Assembly (NCBI GenBank): GCA_002269645.1
Contig: NIVC01002165.1
Span: forward strand, 124,001-188,000
DNA from: Macrostomum lignano
Lineage: Eukaryota
Direction: 5' to 3'
Length of the DNA stretch: 64,000 nucleotides
How positions within the stretch are numbered: position 1 is the stretch's first letter; each line of letters begins with the position of its first letter. The position numbers were made by a program, and so were the translations under genes. Positions 50,401-61,360 of the stretch are shown one piece after another. The notes beneath the pieces are model-generated. The model was given only the letters and a program-made list of their open reading frames with translations. It had not been told where the DNA came from and did no database searches.

Positions 50401-53400
50401 GTTGAGAGGCGGATGATCAGGAGTTTAGGGGCGGATGATCAGGAGTTGAGGGCGGATGATCAGGAGTTGAGGGGCGGATGATCAGGAGTTGAGGGGCGGA
50501 TGATCAGGAGTTTAGGGGCGGATGATCAGGAGTTGAGGGCGGATGGTCAGGAGTTGAGGGGCGGATGATCAGGAGTTTAGGGCGGATGATCAGGAGTTGA
50601 GGGCGGATGATCAGGAGTTGAGAGGCGGATGATCAGGAGTTGAGGGGCGGATGATCAGGAGTTGAGGGGCGGATGATCAGGAGTTTAGGGGCGGATGATC
50701 AGGAGTTGAGAGGCGAATGATCAGGAGTTGAGGGGCGGATGATCAGGAGTTGAGGGCGGATGATCAGGAGTTGAGGGTCGGATGATCAGGAGTTGAGGGG
50801 CGGATGATCAGGAGTTTAGGGGCGGATGATCAGGAGTTGAGGGCGGATGGTCAGGAGTTGAGGGGCGGATGATCAGGAGTTTAGGGGCGGATGATCAGGA
50901 GTTGAGGGGCGGATGATCAGGAGTTGAGGGGCGGATGATCAGGAGTTTAGGGGCGGATGATCAGGAGTTGAGGGCGGATGATCAGGAGTTGAGGGGCGGA
51001 TGATCAGGAGTTTAGGGGCGGATGATCAGGAGTTTAGGGGCGGATGATCAGGAGTTTAGGGGCGGATGATCAGGAGTTGAGAGGCGGATGATCAGGAGTT
51101 GAGGGGCGGATGATCAGGAGTTGAGGGGCGGATGATCAGGAGTTGAGGGGCGGATGATCAGGAGTTGAGGGGCGGATGATCAGGAGTTTAGGGGCGGATG
51201 ATCAGGAGTTGAGGGCGGATGGTCAGGAGTTGAGGGGCGGATGATCAGGAGTTGAGGGGCGGATGATCAGGAGTTGAGGGCGGATGATCAGGAGTTGAGG
51301 GGCGGATGATCAGGAGTTGAGGGGCGGATGATCAGGAGTTTAGGGCGGATGATCAGGAGTTGAGGGCGGATGGTCAGGAGTTGAGGGCGGATGGTCAGGA
51401 GTTGAGGGCGGATGGTCAGGAGTTGAGGGGCGGATGATCAGGAGTTAAGGGGCGGATGATCAGGAGTTGAGGGGCGGATGATCAGGAGTTGAGGGGCGGC
51501 GGGGGCGGAGGATTTTAATATGCACTAAAGAGGACGCGATGACCTTTTTTAATGTCTATCGTTAATCAATATTTTTTAGTTGGAAATAATGTCTAACAAC
51601 TATAGCATTATCTCGGTTTATAGTTAAGATAGCAAAATACTAGCGGAACTTGGCCGCCTTCCACACGCATGCCATTGTCGCTTATTTGTCTGTCCAGAGG
51701 GCGTCTCTTAGCATTAGGGCTCGTGCCTTCAGACTGGATTCCTTATTGCGTCTGTCGGACACATTAGCTTTGTCTACTGGATTTGATGCAGCAGTGCTGT
51801 TCAGTGCACTTCCGTGAACTCCAGTTTCAATTACAATTGCTACTATGTAGGTCTAGAAGTCCTTGAACTCCTGTTTCCATCCCAAATGCTAGTATGTAGG
51901 TCTAGATGTCCTTAAACTTCAGTTTCCATTCCAAATGCTAGTATGTAGGTCTAGAAGTCCTTGAACTCCAGTTTCCATTCCAAATGCTAGTATGTAGGTC
52001 TAGAAGTCCTTGAACTCCAGTTTCCATTCCAAATGCTAGTATGTAGGTCTAGAAGTCCTTGAACTCCAGTTTCCATTCCAAATGCTAGTATGTAGGTCTA
52101 GAAGTCCTTGAACTCCAGTTTCCATTCCAAATGCTAGTATGTAGGTCTAGAAGTCCTTGAACTTCAGTTTCCATTCCAAATGCTAGTATGTAGTAGTAGT
52201 ACATAGTAGTATATACTACATACAAATGCTAGTATGTAGGTCTAGAAGTCCTTGAACTCCAGTTTCCATTCCAAATGCAAGTATGTAGATCTACTCGTAG
52301 AAGTCCTTGAACTCCAGTTTCCACTCTGAACGTTCAGTATCGCCGCCCACAATCTCCAGCGTCCATTTCGAATGCTATCAGGGTAGATCTAGAAGGAAAC
52401 GGGACACTGCCTGCTGCACACTTGCGCCTTCCGGTTCCTCCGCTCCACCCGAGTGCAGGCCGTGAATGGGCGGCGAAATTGCTTATTCACTGCAGTCCCA
52501 TCAGCGCTTCGTGTCATTCGGCCCGGCCAGACTGTGTTGGGGGGGGGGGTGTTTGCCTGATCATATTCTCCGCTTTTCTGCGGCGCCTGCCGTGTCGCTG
52601 ATTGCCTTGGCGGATTTTTCCACTTATGACTGCTTGCTTATAGCTCAGCTGCTGTGCTTTCGCGCCTTTGCTCGCTACAAATTCGTCATGGATAACATTT
52701 TTTATATTCCCTGCTCCCTCCCGCTCCTTTTTCCGCTCCCTCCTGCTCCGTTCCCCGCTCCCTCCCGCTCCTTTTTTCCGCTCCCTCCTGCTCCGTTCCC
52801 CGCTCCCTCCTGCTCCGTTCCCCTCTCTCTCCTGCTCCGTTCCCCTCTCTCTCCTGCTCCGTTCTCCGCTCCCTCCTGCTCCGTTCTCCGCTCCCTCCTG
52901 CTCCGTTCTCCGCTCCCTCCTGCTCCGTTCTCCGCTCCCTCCTGCTCCGTTCCCCACTCCCTCCTGCTCCGTTCTCCGCTCCCTCCTGCTCCGTTCCCCT
53001 CTCTCTCCTGCTCCGTTCCCCGCTCCCTCCTGCTCCGTTCCCCTCTCTCTCCTGCTCCGTTCCCCTCTCTCTCCTGCTCCGTTCTCCGCTCCCTCCTGCT
53101 CCGTTCTCCGCTCCCTCCTGCTCCGTTCTCCGCTCCCTCCTGCTCCGTTCTCCGCTCCCTCCTGCTCCTTTCCCCGCTCCCTAATGCTCCGTTCTCCGCT
53201 CCCTCCTGCTCCGTTCCCCGCTCCCTTCTTCTCCGTTCCCCGCTCCCTCCCGCTCCGTTCCCCGCTCCCTCCTTCTCCGTTCCCCGCTCCCTCCTGCTCC
53301 GTTCCCCGCTCCCTCCTTCTCCGTTCCCCGCTCCCTCCTGCTCCGTTCCCCGCTCCTCCTGCTCCGTTCCCCGCTCCCTCCTGCTCCGTTCCCCGCTCCT

Positions 53401-54382
53401 CCTGCTCCGTTCCCCGCTCCCTCCTTCTCCGTTCCCCGCTCCCTCCTTCTCCGTTCCCCGCTCCCTCCTGCTCCGTTCCCCGCTCCCTCCTGCTCCGTTC
53501 CCCGCTCCCTCCCGCTCCTTTTTCCGCTCCCTCCTGCTCCGTTCCCCGCTCCCTCCTGCTCCGTTCCCCGCTCCCTCCTGCTCCGTTCCCCGCTCCCACC
53601 TGCTCCGTTCCCCGCTCCCTCCTGCTCCGTTCCCCGCTCCCTCCCGCTCCGTTCCCCGCTCCCTCCTGCTCCGTTCCCCGCTCCCTCCTGCTCCGTTCCC
53701 CGCTCCCTCCTGCTCCGTTCCCCGCTCCCTCCTGCTCCTTTCCCCGCTCCCTAATGCTCCGTTCTCCGCTCCCTCCTGCTCCGTTCCCCGCTCCCTTCTT
53801 CTCCGTTCTCCGCTCCCTCCTGCTCCGTTCCCCACTCCCTCCTGCTCCGTTCTCCGCTCCCTCCTGCTCCGTTCCCCTCTCTCTCCTGCTCCGTTCCCCG
53901 CTCCCTCCTGCTCCGTTCCCCTCTCTCTCCTGCTCCGTTCCCCTCTCTCTCCTGCTCCGTTCCCCTCTCTCTCCTGCTCCGTTCCCCTCTCTCTCCTGCT
54001 CCGTTCTCCGCTCCCTCCTGCTCCGTTCTCCGCTCCCTCCTGCTCCGTTCTCCGCTCCCTCTTCCGCTCTCTCCCCCGCTCCGCCCTTTCTCTTCCCCGC
54101 TCCTTCCTCACCTCCCTACAATTTCTCTCCTCTACTTTTTCTACGTATCCTGTTTTTCCCTCTGTATCCCTACCGAATGATTGCGGAATTTCTCCCAGCA
54201 GTGCCTCCCTGCCTCCTGCCCTGCTTCCAACTCCTACGCTCCCCACCGCTACCGATCTTGCCCCCGCAGACCAGTCTATTTGGTGCGGACAGCCCTCAAG
54301 TCCTGCTAGTTACTCAATAAAGCCCTTCCGCTCCCGAATCCTTGACTAGGCTGTTCTCTCCTGTTTACTTTATTTCTCGATA
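47481..54382. repeat. Copy 2 of the ~6.9-kb tandem duplication (22-bp array ~48010-51498, 49-bp array ~51813-52323, CT-rich array ~52706-54062)
   Basis: Begins CGTTGAATGTATTTAAC as at 40583 and ends ...TTTCTCGATA as at 47480. Confidence 0.92.
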
Positions 54383-54939
54383 CGTTTGAAATGTTTACCC
54401 TTTATTTAAGAATAACACTGCAAAAAATCCTAGCTAAAGTCTGCGCGAAAAAAATGGATTCAAAATTCCTAACGCGAAACAATCATATTTTTCGATGCAC
54501 TTTTACAGTTTTACCGCCCACTAGCAACCCATTTCGGATTTATGGATTTATTTATGCAAATTTATGGATTATTCGATAAAAAAGCATTGAAAAGGTTATC
54601 TTGAGTCTCGAAAAGTTGACTATGCTGAAAAATTGTTTTATTCCGAATCGGCTTGAAAACCCAGGGGTGGCATTGTGTTATAATTAGCTAATATCAGTTT
54701 GCATAGAAGGAAAAATTGTGTTGGCCTACTTTGGCGAAATGCTTTTCTTCTGGGCAAAGAAAACACAAAAAAGACTAAACAGGAGAAACCGCAGAAGCCC
54801 AGCACTGTGCATGTATTCAGCATGGATTCAGAGACGGCGCCATCCAGAGACAAGGGGTGACGTGCCGATGCTTTAAACTATTAAAACCTGCGAGCAACTT
54901 AATGGAAATTCAGAATTTTTCTTTGGGACGCCAGGTGTC

Positions 54940-55320
54940 TGCGGCGCCAAAATCAGAGCAATTGGCGCCAAAATCAGAGCAATTAACGCCAAAATCAGAG
55001 CAATTGGCGCCAATCCAAAATCAAAGCAATTGGCGCCAAAATCAGAGCAATTGGCGCCAAAATCAGAGCAATTGGCACCAAAATCAGAGCAATTGGCGCC
55101 AATCCAAAATCAAAGCAATTGGCGCCAAAATCAGAGCTTGTGGCGCCAAAATCAGAGCCTGTGGCGCCAAAATCAGAACCTGTGCTGCCAAAATCAGAGC
55201 TTGTGGCGCCAACATCATAGCCTGTGGCGCCAAAATCAGAGCTTGTGGCGCCAAAATCAGAGCCTGTGGCGCCAAAATCAGAGCCTGTGGCGCCAAAATC
55301 AGAGCCTGCGGCGCCAAAAC
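54940..55320. repeat. 21-bp minisatellite (GGCGCCAAAATCAGAGCAATT / ...CCTGT variants)
   Basis: Direct tandem periodicity, with two variant domains. Confidence 0.92.
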
Positions 55321-55573
55321 TTGGCACTTTTGTCGTGCGATTTACAGCCACGAGAGCCAAAGCCCAAAGGCACAGAGAGTGTACATGCCTGACGATTAGC
55401 AAGTCAGGCCCGCTGTACACCCTGTGTGAGCGTGTGTATGAGTGCGTGCCTGCCTACGAGTACAGTATTGGCGCGCCTGTATGTGCTCAGGAGTCAGCGG
55501 ACGCTGTCGCCGATGGCGTTGCGCCAGGGAGCCCACAGATCTGAAATCATCATCATCCTATTCCCCCCGCAAG

Positions 55574-56113
55574 GCCCTCAGCAGCTGGCACAGATTGATT
55601 ATTTCGAACCCGCAGGACGGCAGCACAACGCCAGCAGCTCGGACACGCGCCATCAATCTCGCGACCGGCTGCTCCACCTCGCCACCCTGCAGACCGCCGA
55701 CACCGGCCTGGAGGTGTCGCTGCTGCCCGCGGCCGGGTCCATCCGCCTCCGATTGCTGGTGGCTCGCCGACGGCCGGCGGAAGCGACGCTGCACGCGGTG
55801 CTGCCGCCGAACTGCTGGTGCCACGCCACCGTCGCCTGCGCTCCGCCAGTTAAACGGAGCGGCGGCGGAGTCGTCAGCAGGGCTGGCGGCGGCGGCTACT
55901 CCACTACGGTTGTGGTGACGGTGAACGGACTGGCCGCCCACCAGGCTACGCTGGAGCACGATTCCATCAGCCAAGAGGCCAAGGCCTGCGTGCGGCTCCG
56001 TCTGGGTCACGTGACTGTCGATGCCCCGGCTGCCGGCGGAATCGGCGGCGGCGGCGGCTCTACAGCTGCTGCTGATGGCCAGTATCAGATTGGCGGAGTG
56101 GCGCTGTTCAAAG
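55574..56113 (+). CDS. LYST: LYST exon 14 (ConA-like domain)
   Basis: Acceptor CCCCCGCAAG|, phase 1 matching exon 13. RLLHLATLQ...LEVSLLP...IRLRL, LPPNCWCHATV and GQYQIGGVALFKG match recalled LYST RLHVLSIGS...IQVWADP...LIFRV, LLPSQWQHLVL and GKWDLGNLLLFNG; donor G|GTGAGA. Confidence 0.88.
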
Positions 56114-56139
56114 GTGAGACTGCTGTTGGGGTTTTTCGG

Positions 56140-56705
56140 ACTTCTCAGATCCTCAGTTGCTGGGTCACCCACAAAAACTCCCAGATCATCGGTTGCTGGG
56201 CCAGCCTCCCAGATCCTCAGTTTCTGGGCCAGCCTTCCAGATCCTCAGTTGCTGGGCCAGCCTCCCAGATCCTCAGTTGCTGGGCCAGCCTCCCAGATCC
56301 TCAGTTTCTGGGCCAGCCTCCCAGATCCTCAGTTTCTGGGCCAGCCTCCCAGATCCTCAGTTGCTGGGCCAGCCTCCCAGATCCTCAGTTGCTGGGCCAG
56401 CCTCCCAGATACTCAGTTGCTGGGCCAGCCTCCCAGATCCTCAGTTGCTGGGCCAGCCTCCCAGATCCTCAGTTGCTGGGCCAGCCTCCCAGATCCTCAG
56501 TTGCTGGGCCAGCCTCCCAGATCCTCAGTTGCTGGGCCAGCCTCCCAGATCCTCAGTTGCTGGGCCAGCCTCCCAGATCCTCAGCTGCTGGGCCAGCCTC
56601 CCAGATCCCCAGTTGCTGGGCCAGCCTCCCAGATCCTCAGTTGCTGAGCCAGCCTCCCAGTTCCTCAGCTGCTGGGCCAGCCTTCCAGATCCTCAGTTGC
56701 TGGGC
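56140..56705. repeat. 28-bp minisatellite (GGGCCAGCCTCCCAGATCCTCAGTTGCT), intron 14
   Basis: Direct tandem periodicity with degenerate edges. Confidence 0.95.
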
Positions 56706-56914
56706 CATCGCCACCCTCCCAGTAGACACAGTCTGATGTTTAGGCTGTGGGTTATCATCAGGTCGTTGGGAAATTTTTTTGTGCTTTTATTTATGGCTTA
56801 GATTGCTCATGCTCATACCTATAAAGTTTGAATTGCATTTACAACTTTAAACTTGGCAGTTGAGTAGCTGCTGCAGCTGGGGGTGACAAGTTTGTTGAGC
56901 AAATATTGCTCATA

Positions 56915-57155
56915 CACAGCACCCATGGAACATCTTTTAGGGAGAAAAAAAGTACGAAGCAATCCATTCAACTTTTCTTGTTCCATAGACACCTGTAGAT
57001 GAAAAAAATGAAAAACAGAAAAAAATTTGCGATAGCTTCATGTTTTATTGCACCTTTTGAATTTTCATGTACTTTTAATTGGCAAAACAGGAAGACATTC
57101 CATAAAAACTGCCATTTCAGCTTACAGGTCATTAGCGAAATAAATTCAGCTACCT
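56915..57155 (+). repeat. Left terminal inverted repeat
   Basis: Identical to the reverse complement of the right end over the outer 209 bp, with a few mismatches out to 241 bp. Confidence 0.95.
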
Positions 57156-57659
57156 TTCTATCCCATACAGCCAAATAAATAACTAAAGACTTGTTTACAT
57201 TGAAGCTAGTATCTCTGCGAGTCACACACTGTTCAAATTAAAGTACCACTAGTCTTGCACAAAGTCTAGATTGATTTGAGTATTCAATGATCTACAGAGT
57301 AACTAAACCTTTATTTCTGGCTCACATAATCGATAGCATTTGATTGGCCAAATCGTTATACACGCAGCTAAGCTGAATGAAATCAACCAATCGATTGCTT
57401 AACTTTAGGCGGCCAGTTTTTAACTTAACAGATGTACATCCACCAGACATTTACAATGCTGCACTCGTCTGAAAATTTCATGCCCGCAAGCAGGCCAACT
57501 ATAAGGTTCAATGAAAATGTACAATCATGCACTACAAACTCAGTAAACATCTCACAGTGATAGGAAAATCCACTCTATCCTAGCATAAAACAACGCCAAC
57601 AAACTTCAAATAAAGTTATATTCTATCATCAGTTTTATAGCACTTTTGATAGCTCTGCA

Positions 57660-59765
57660 ATGCCTTCAACGGCTTTAACTCATTCGGAGAATCGATTGAA
57701 AGTATGCCTGATCTGCTTTAAAAAAGGAGCATCTCATGAACCTATTCGTGACGCAAATCTACAACGCATCAATCGAAATTTTATCGAAGATATTGACATC
57801 ACTGATGAAAGTCTTCCAGCATCTTTGTGCGCTCGGTGTCGCAAACTTCTTCTTGATGTCGACAGTGGTAGAAAGCCAGTGGATGCTCTGCCCCAACCAT
57901 ATGACTTCTCAAAAGTGAAGCAGACAGCAGTCACACGACAGAATCCCCTGTGCCATTGTGATCTGTGTGAAGTCGCCCGGATGACTCCGATTGGTCAGGG
58001 GCTTGGCTCTGCCAAAGTTCCGGCTCACCCGATTGGCCGGCCGAAGAAATCCAACGACCAGCTGCCTGTAGCTTTGCCAGCTAAAATCTGCCGACGCTGC
58101 CTTTGCATCCTCCGGCGAGGAGTCAGTCACTGCTGTACCATCACTCAACGCAGGGAAAACCTGTGCACAGAGTACTCTGTGGACCAGCGAGGGGCTGAGA
58201 TGCACGCAGCCAAAGTAATCAAAAGAAAAGCTGTCGATGCGCACGGTGCTGCTCCAATTCAACTGGCAACTCGTGGGCGTAATCTAACACTCAGTCTCCT
58301 AGCCCCATCACAAGCTAAAAACTCGGCTGCTTTTTACGATTCGCCGATCTCAGCATCTGAAATGAGCTGCTTTCAGCAGGCGCTGAGTCTAAGCAGACGG
58401 CAAACGAGGACTGCAGCGCAATTCTTCCGTAAGTGGAAAGGGCGGAAGTCAATTGAAGCAGGCCTGGAGTCGAAGTTGCAGCAGCTGGACAGCAGCCTCA
58501 GCGAGTATTTTTCGGTGACCGATGCAGAGTTTGAGATCAGCGGCGGTCAGAAGAAGCGCTGCTCCGTCGTATTCTGCAGGGACCCAGCAGGTCTCATTGA
58601 TTACATGCTGCAACACCGGAGGGCGCCTTTTGGTTCTGAGTTCGTTGCAAAAGTTGGAATGGACAGTGGTGGTGATTTTCTGAAAATCTGTCTCAGCCTC
58701 ATAGTTGACACATCAACTGATGCAAGTGACTTCGAGACTCAGGCTGCCGATGTCTGCTCAAGCCACTTTGCCGAAGGAGGTGTCAAGAGACTCATGCTAC
58801 TAGGAATTGTTCAAGGAGTGAAAGAAACGTATGCCAACCTTAAGACCATGCTGGATCTTTTGAATATGAAAGGCGTCCGATATTACTGCTCGATGGACAT
58901 GAAGATGGCCAACATCTTCCTTGGGCTTCAGGCATGCAGCAGCTTGCATCCGTGTCCTTGGTGCGAGTGCAGGCGGAACCTTTTTGGTGATGCGCATCGT
59001 GACATCCAGCTACGGACGCTCGGTGCCATTCGAAGAAATGCAGCCCAGTATCAGCAGGCAGCTCGGCAGCATCGGGGCAGTTTGCAGCTTGGAGCTGCCA
59101 ACTTCAAGAATTGTGTGCATGATCCACTAACAGATCTGCCTGACGACACCGAGGTTCTAACGATCGTGCCTCCAATGGAACTGCACCTGATGCTGGGAAT
59201 TACCAACCGGCTGCTGGAAGAACTGGACACGCGACTCCAAGCGACAAATGACTGTTCGGTGCGCATTGATGACTGGCTTGCTCGACTGGGAGTTCAGCGA
59301 CAGCCTCAGCATGGCAGGCAGATAAACGGCAATGACTGCGCAAAGGTGCTGGAGTCAGTAGATCAGTTGGAGCAGATGGTCCGAGACTGCGATGCTTGCC
59401 TGGGAATGCCCGTTGTGTTTGCTCTGCGGTGCTTTCGAGAGGTAAAGAGAACCTGCTTCAGCCTTGAACTGCGCGATGGCTTCGAGACCGCCGTGGCTCA
59501 CTTTGCTCAGGCTTACGCGGATCTCGGTATTAGCACCACGCCGAAGGTGCACGCGCTGATTGACCACGTGGTGCCTTTCCTCTCAAGCGCTGACAACAAT
59601 GAAGCCCGACATGGACTAGGCTTTTGGTCTGAGCAAGCTGGCGAAGCTGTGCATCGCGATTTCAACAGCCTGTGGTGCCGCAGCTACAAAGTTAGTCCTA
59701 CAAATCCTCAGTATGCACAACAGCTGCTGAAGTGCACTGTTGCGTACTGCTCGCGGCATTTGTGA
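57660..59765 (+). CDS. Chapaev-type transposase, 701 aa (N-terminal Chapa zinc-finger region plus RAG1/Transib-like DDE core)
   Basis: H8-x7-C16-x2-C19, C57-x2-C60, C98-x-C100-x2-C103; GRPKK; KVGMD335SGG, CSMD413MK, C432PWC435, ELHLMLG, PKVH631ALIDH636, WSEQAGE662AVH. No stops or frameshifts. Confidence 0.92.
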   Translation: MPSTALTHSENRLKVCLICFKKGASHEPIRDANLQRINRNFIEDIDITDESLPASLCARCRKLLLDVDSGRKPVDALPQPYDFSKVKQTAVTRQNPLCHCDLCEVARMTPIGQGLGSAKVPAHPIGRPKKSNDQLPVALPAKICRRCLCILRRGVSHCCTITQRRENLCTEYSVDQRGAEMHAAKVIKRKAVDAHGAAPIQLATRGRNLTLSLLAPSQAKNSAAFYDSPISASEMSCFQQALSLSRRQTRTAAQFFRKWKGRKSIEAGLESKLQQLDSSLSEYFSVTDAEFEISGGQKKRCSVVFCRDPAGLIDYMLQHRRAPFGSEFVAKVGMDSGGDFLKICLSLIVDTSTDASDFETQAADVCSSHFAEGGVKRLMLLGIVQGVKETYANLKTMLDLLNMKGVRYYCSMDMKMANIFLGLQACSSLHPCPWCECRRNLFGDAHRDIQLRTLGAIRRNAAQYQQAARQHRGSLQLGAANFKNCVHDPLTDLPDDTEVLTIVPPMELHLMLGITNRLLEELDTRLQATNDCSVRIDDWLARLGVQRQPQHGRQINGNDCAKVLESVDQLEQMVRDCDACLGMPVVFALRCFREVKRTCFSLELRDGFETAVAHFAQAYADLGISTTPKVHALIDHVVPFLSSADNNEARHGLGFWSEQAGEAVHRDFNSLWCRSYKVSPTNPQYAQQLLKCTVAYCSRHL

Positions 59766-59955
59766 CCTGCTTTAATAGTAAGAACATTTTCTTTTTCTAA
59801 GTCTTTTTTTGTTTGCAATAGCAGATAGAAAAAATGTGTCTTTAAGCTATCTATAATATTTGTTTATGGTAAAAACTTATTTAAAAAACACTATTTAAAG
59901 TAGCCTAATGCACTGCATATAAGTTTTTTTATCGGCCTGATAGTTTAAGTTAAGC

Positions 59956-60196
59956 AGGTAGCTGAATTTAATACGCTGATGACCTGCAAGCTGAAATGGC
60001 AGTTTTTATGGAATGTCTTCCTGTTTTGCCAATTAAAAGTACATGAAAATTCAAAAGGTGCAATAAAACATGAAGCTATCGCAAATTTTTTTCTGTTTTT
60101 CATTTTTTTCATCTACAGGTGTCTATGGAACAAGAAAAGTTGAATGGATTGCTTCGTACTTTTTTTCTCCCTAAAAGATGTTCCATGGGTGCTGTG
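59956..60196 (-). repeat. Right terminal inverted repeat
   Basis: Reverse complement of 56915-57155. Confidence 0.95.
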
Positions 60197-60839
60197 CATA
60201 TGCTTTTTCGCTCTGACTAATTATAATTTCTGAAGAAGCGCAGGAATGTTACGGATGACTGGCTAAAATATTTTGTAAGATGTTATTCGCATAAATTTTC
60301 ATTTTGCGTGAGCTGCTTGCAGAAGCCTCCTCTTTTGTCTTTTAGCGCACTCAGTTGCGAGAATGTTGCTTGAGCTCTGCGGGCAAAGCAATCTTTTGAA
60401 AACCTATTTCAAAGAAAAAATTGGTTTTAGCTTCACTCGTAGCTCTGCCTCATCTGCCTCTGAGGCTCTTTTGATGTCTCTGAAGCGGCGGCGAATTCGA
60501 GCGTACCTGAGGAGCAAAGCGGTGCAATTTATGTGCGGGTTGCTGCAGCTGCTTTCTGAAAGAAATGGCTCTGTACTGGCTGCGGATGTTCACTACGGCT
60601 TCCTGATTAATCTTTGCTGCCTTCTCAGCTTCTCCGGCACTTCACACTCCGGGCTGGGCCTGCTCTCGAGTTGTCTGTGTTAATCTCTTTTACTCACTCT
60701 TTTACACTCTTCCCTTTCCCATCTCTTTCCCTTCTTTCCCCTTCTGTTCCCATATATCTTTCCCATCTCCCTCTCACTCTCCATCTCCCCTGCCTTACCC
60801 TCAATCTCCTTTCCTTATCCCCCCTCTCTTCCCTCTTTT

Positions 60840-61360
60840 CCCTCTATTACCCTCACAACCCCTCTCTTACCCTCTCTTTTCCCTCTCTTACCCTCTCTTT
60901 TCCCTCTCTTACCATCTCTTTTCCCTCTCTTACCCTCTCTTTTCCCTCTCTTACCCTCTCTTTTCCCTCTCTTACCCTCTCTTTTCCCTCTCTTACCCTC
61001 TCTTTTCCCTCTCTTACCCTCTCTTTTCCCTCTCTTACCCTCTCTTTTCCCTCTCTTACCCTCTCTTTTCCCTCTATTACCCTCTCTTTTCCCTCTATTA
61101 CCCTCTCTTTTCCCTCTCTTACCCTCTCTTTTCCCTCTCTTACCCTCTCTTTTCCCTCTCTTACCCTCTCTTTTCCCTCTCTTACCCTCTCTTTTCCCTC
61201 TCTTCCCTCTCTTTTCCCTCTCTTACCCTCTCTTTTCCCTCTCTTACCCTCTCTTTTCCCTCTATTACCCTCTCTTTTCCCTCTCTTACCCTCTCTTTTC
61301 CCTCTCTTACCATCTCTTTTCCCTCTCTTACCCTCTCTTACCCTCTCTCACCCTCTTCCT
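60840..61360. repeat. 21-bp pyrimidine-rich minisatellite (CCCTCTCTTACCCTCTCTTTT)
   Basis: Direct tandem periodicity. Confidence 0.94.

Larger units (their letters stand above)
56915..60196 (+). mobile_element. Full-length autonomous Chapaev-like DDE DNA transposon (3282 bp), 241-bp TIRs, 4-bp TSD CATA
   Basis: Termini 5'-CACAGC...GCTGTG-3'; CATA at 56911-56914 and 60197-60200; one intact transposase ORF. CAC termini with a 4-bp TSD fit Chapaev (Transib has 5 bp). Confidence 0.9.

Noticed and set aside
45490-54349. Long ORFs of 170-627 aa on both strands in the duplicated block
   Set aside because: They derive from the 22-bp CT-rich array; the unique flanks show no recognisable domain, and frames differ between the two copies.
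57155-57659. RAG2-like second gene within the transposon
   Set aside because: Only ~500 bp and ~190 bp of non-TIR sequence flank the transposase, with no suitable ORF.
60346-60683. Candidate LYST exon 15 (acceptor TTTTGTCTTTTAG|, phase 1, AHSVARMLLELCGQ...)
   Set aside because: The phase fits, but similarity to LYST is marginal and I found no convincing donor before the stop; left unannotated pending RNA data.
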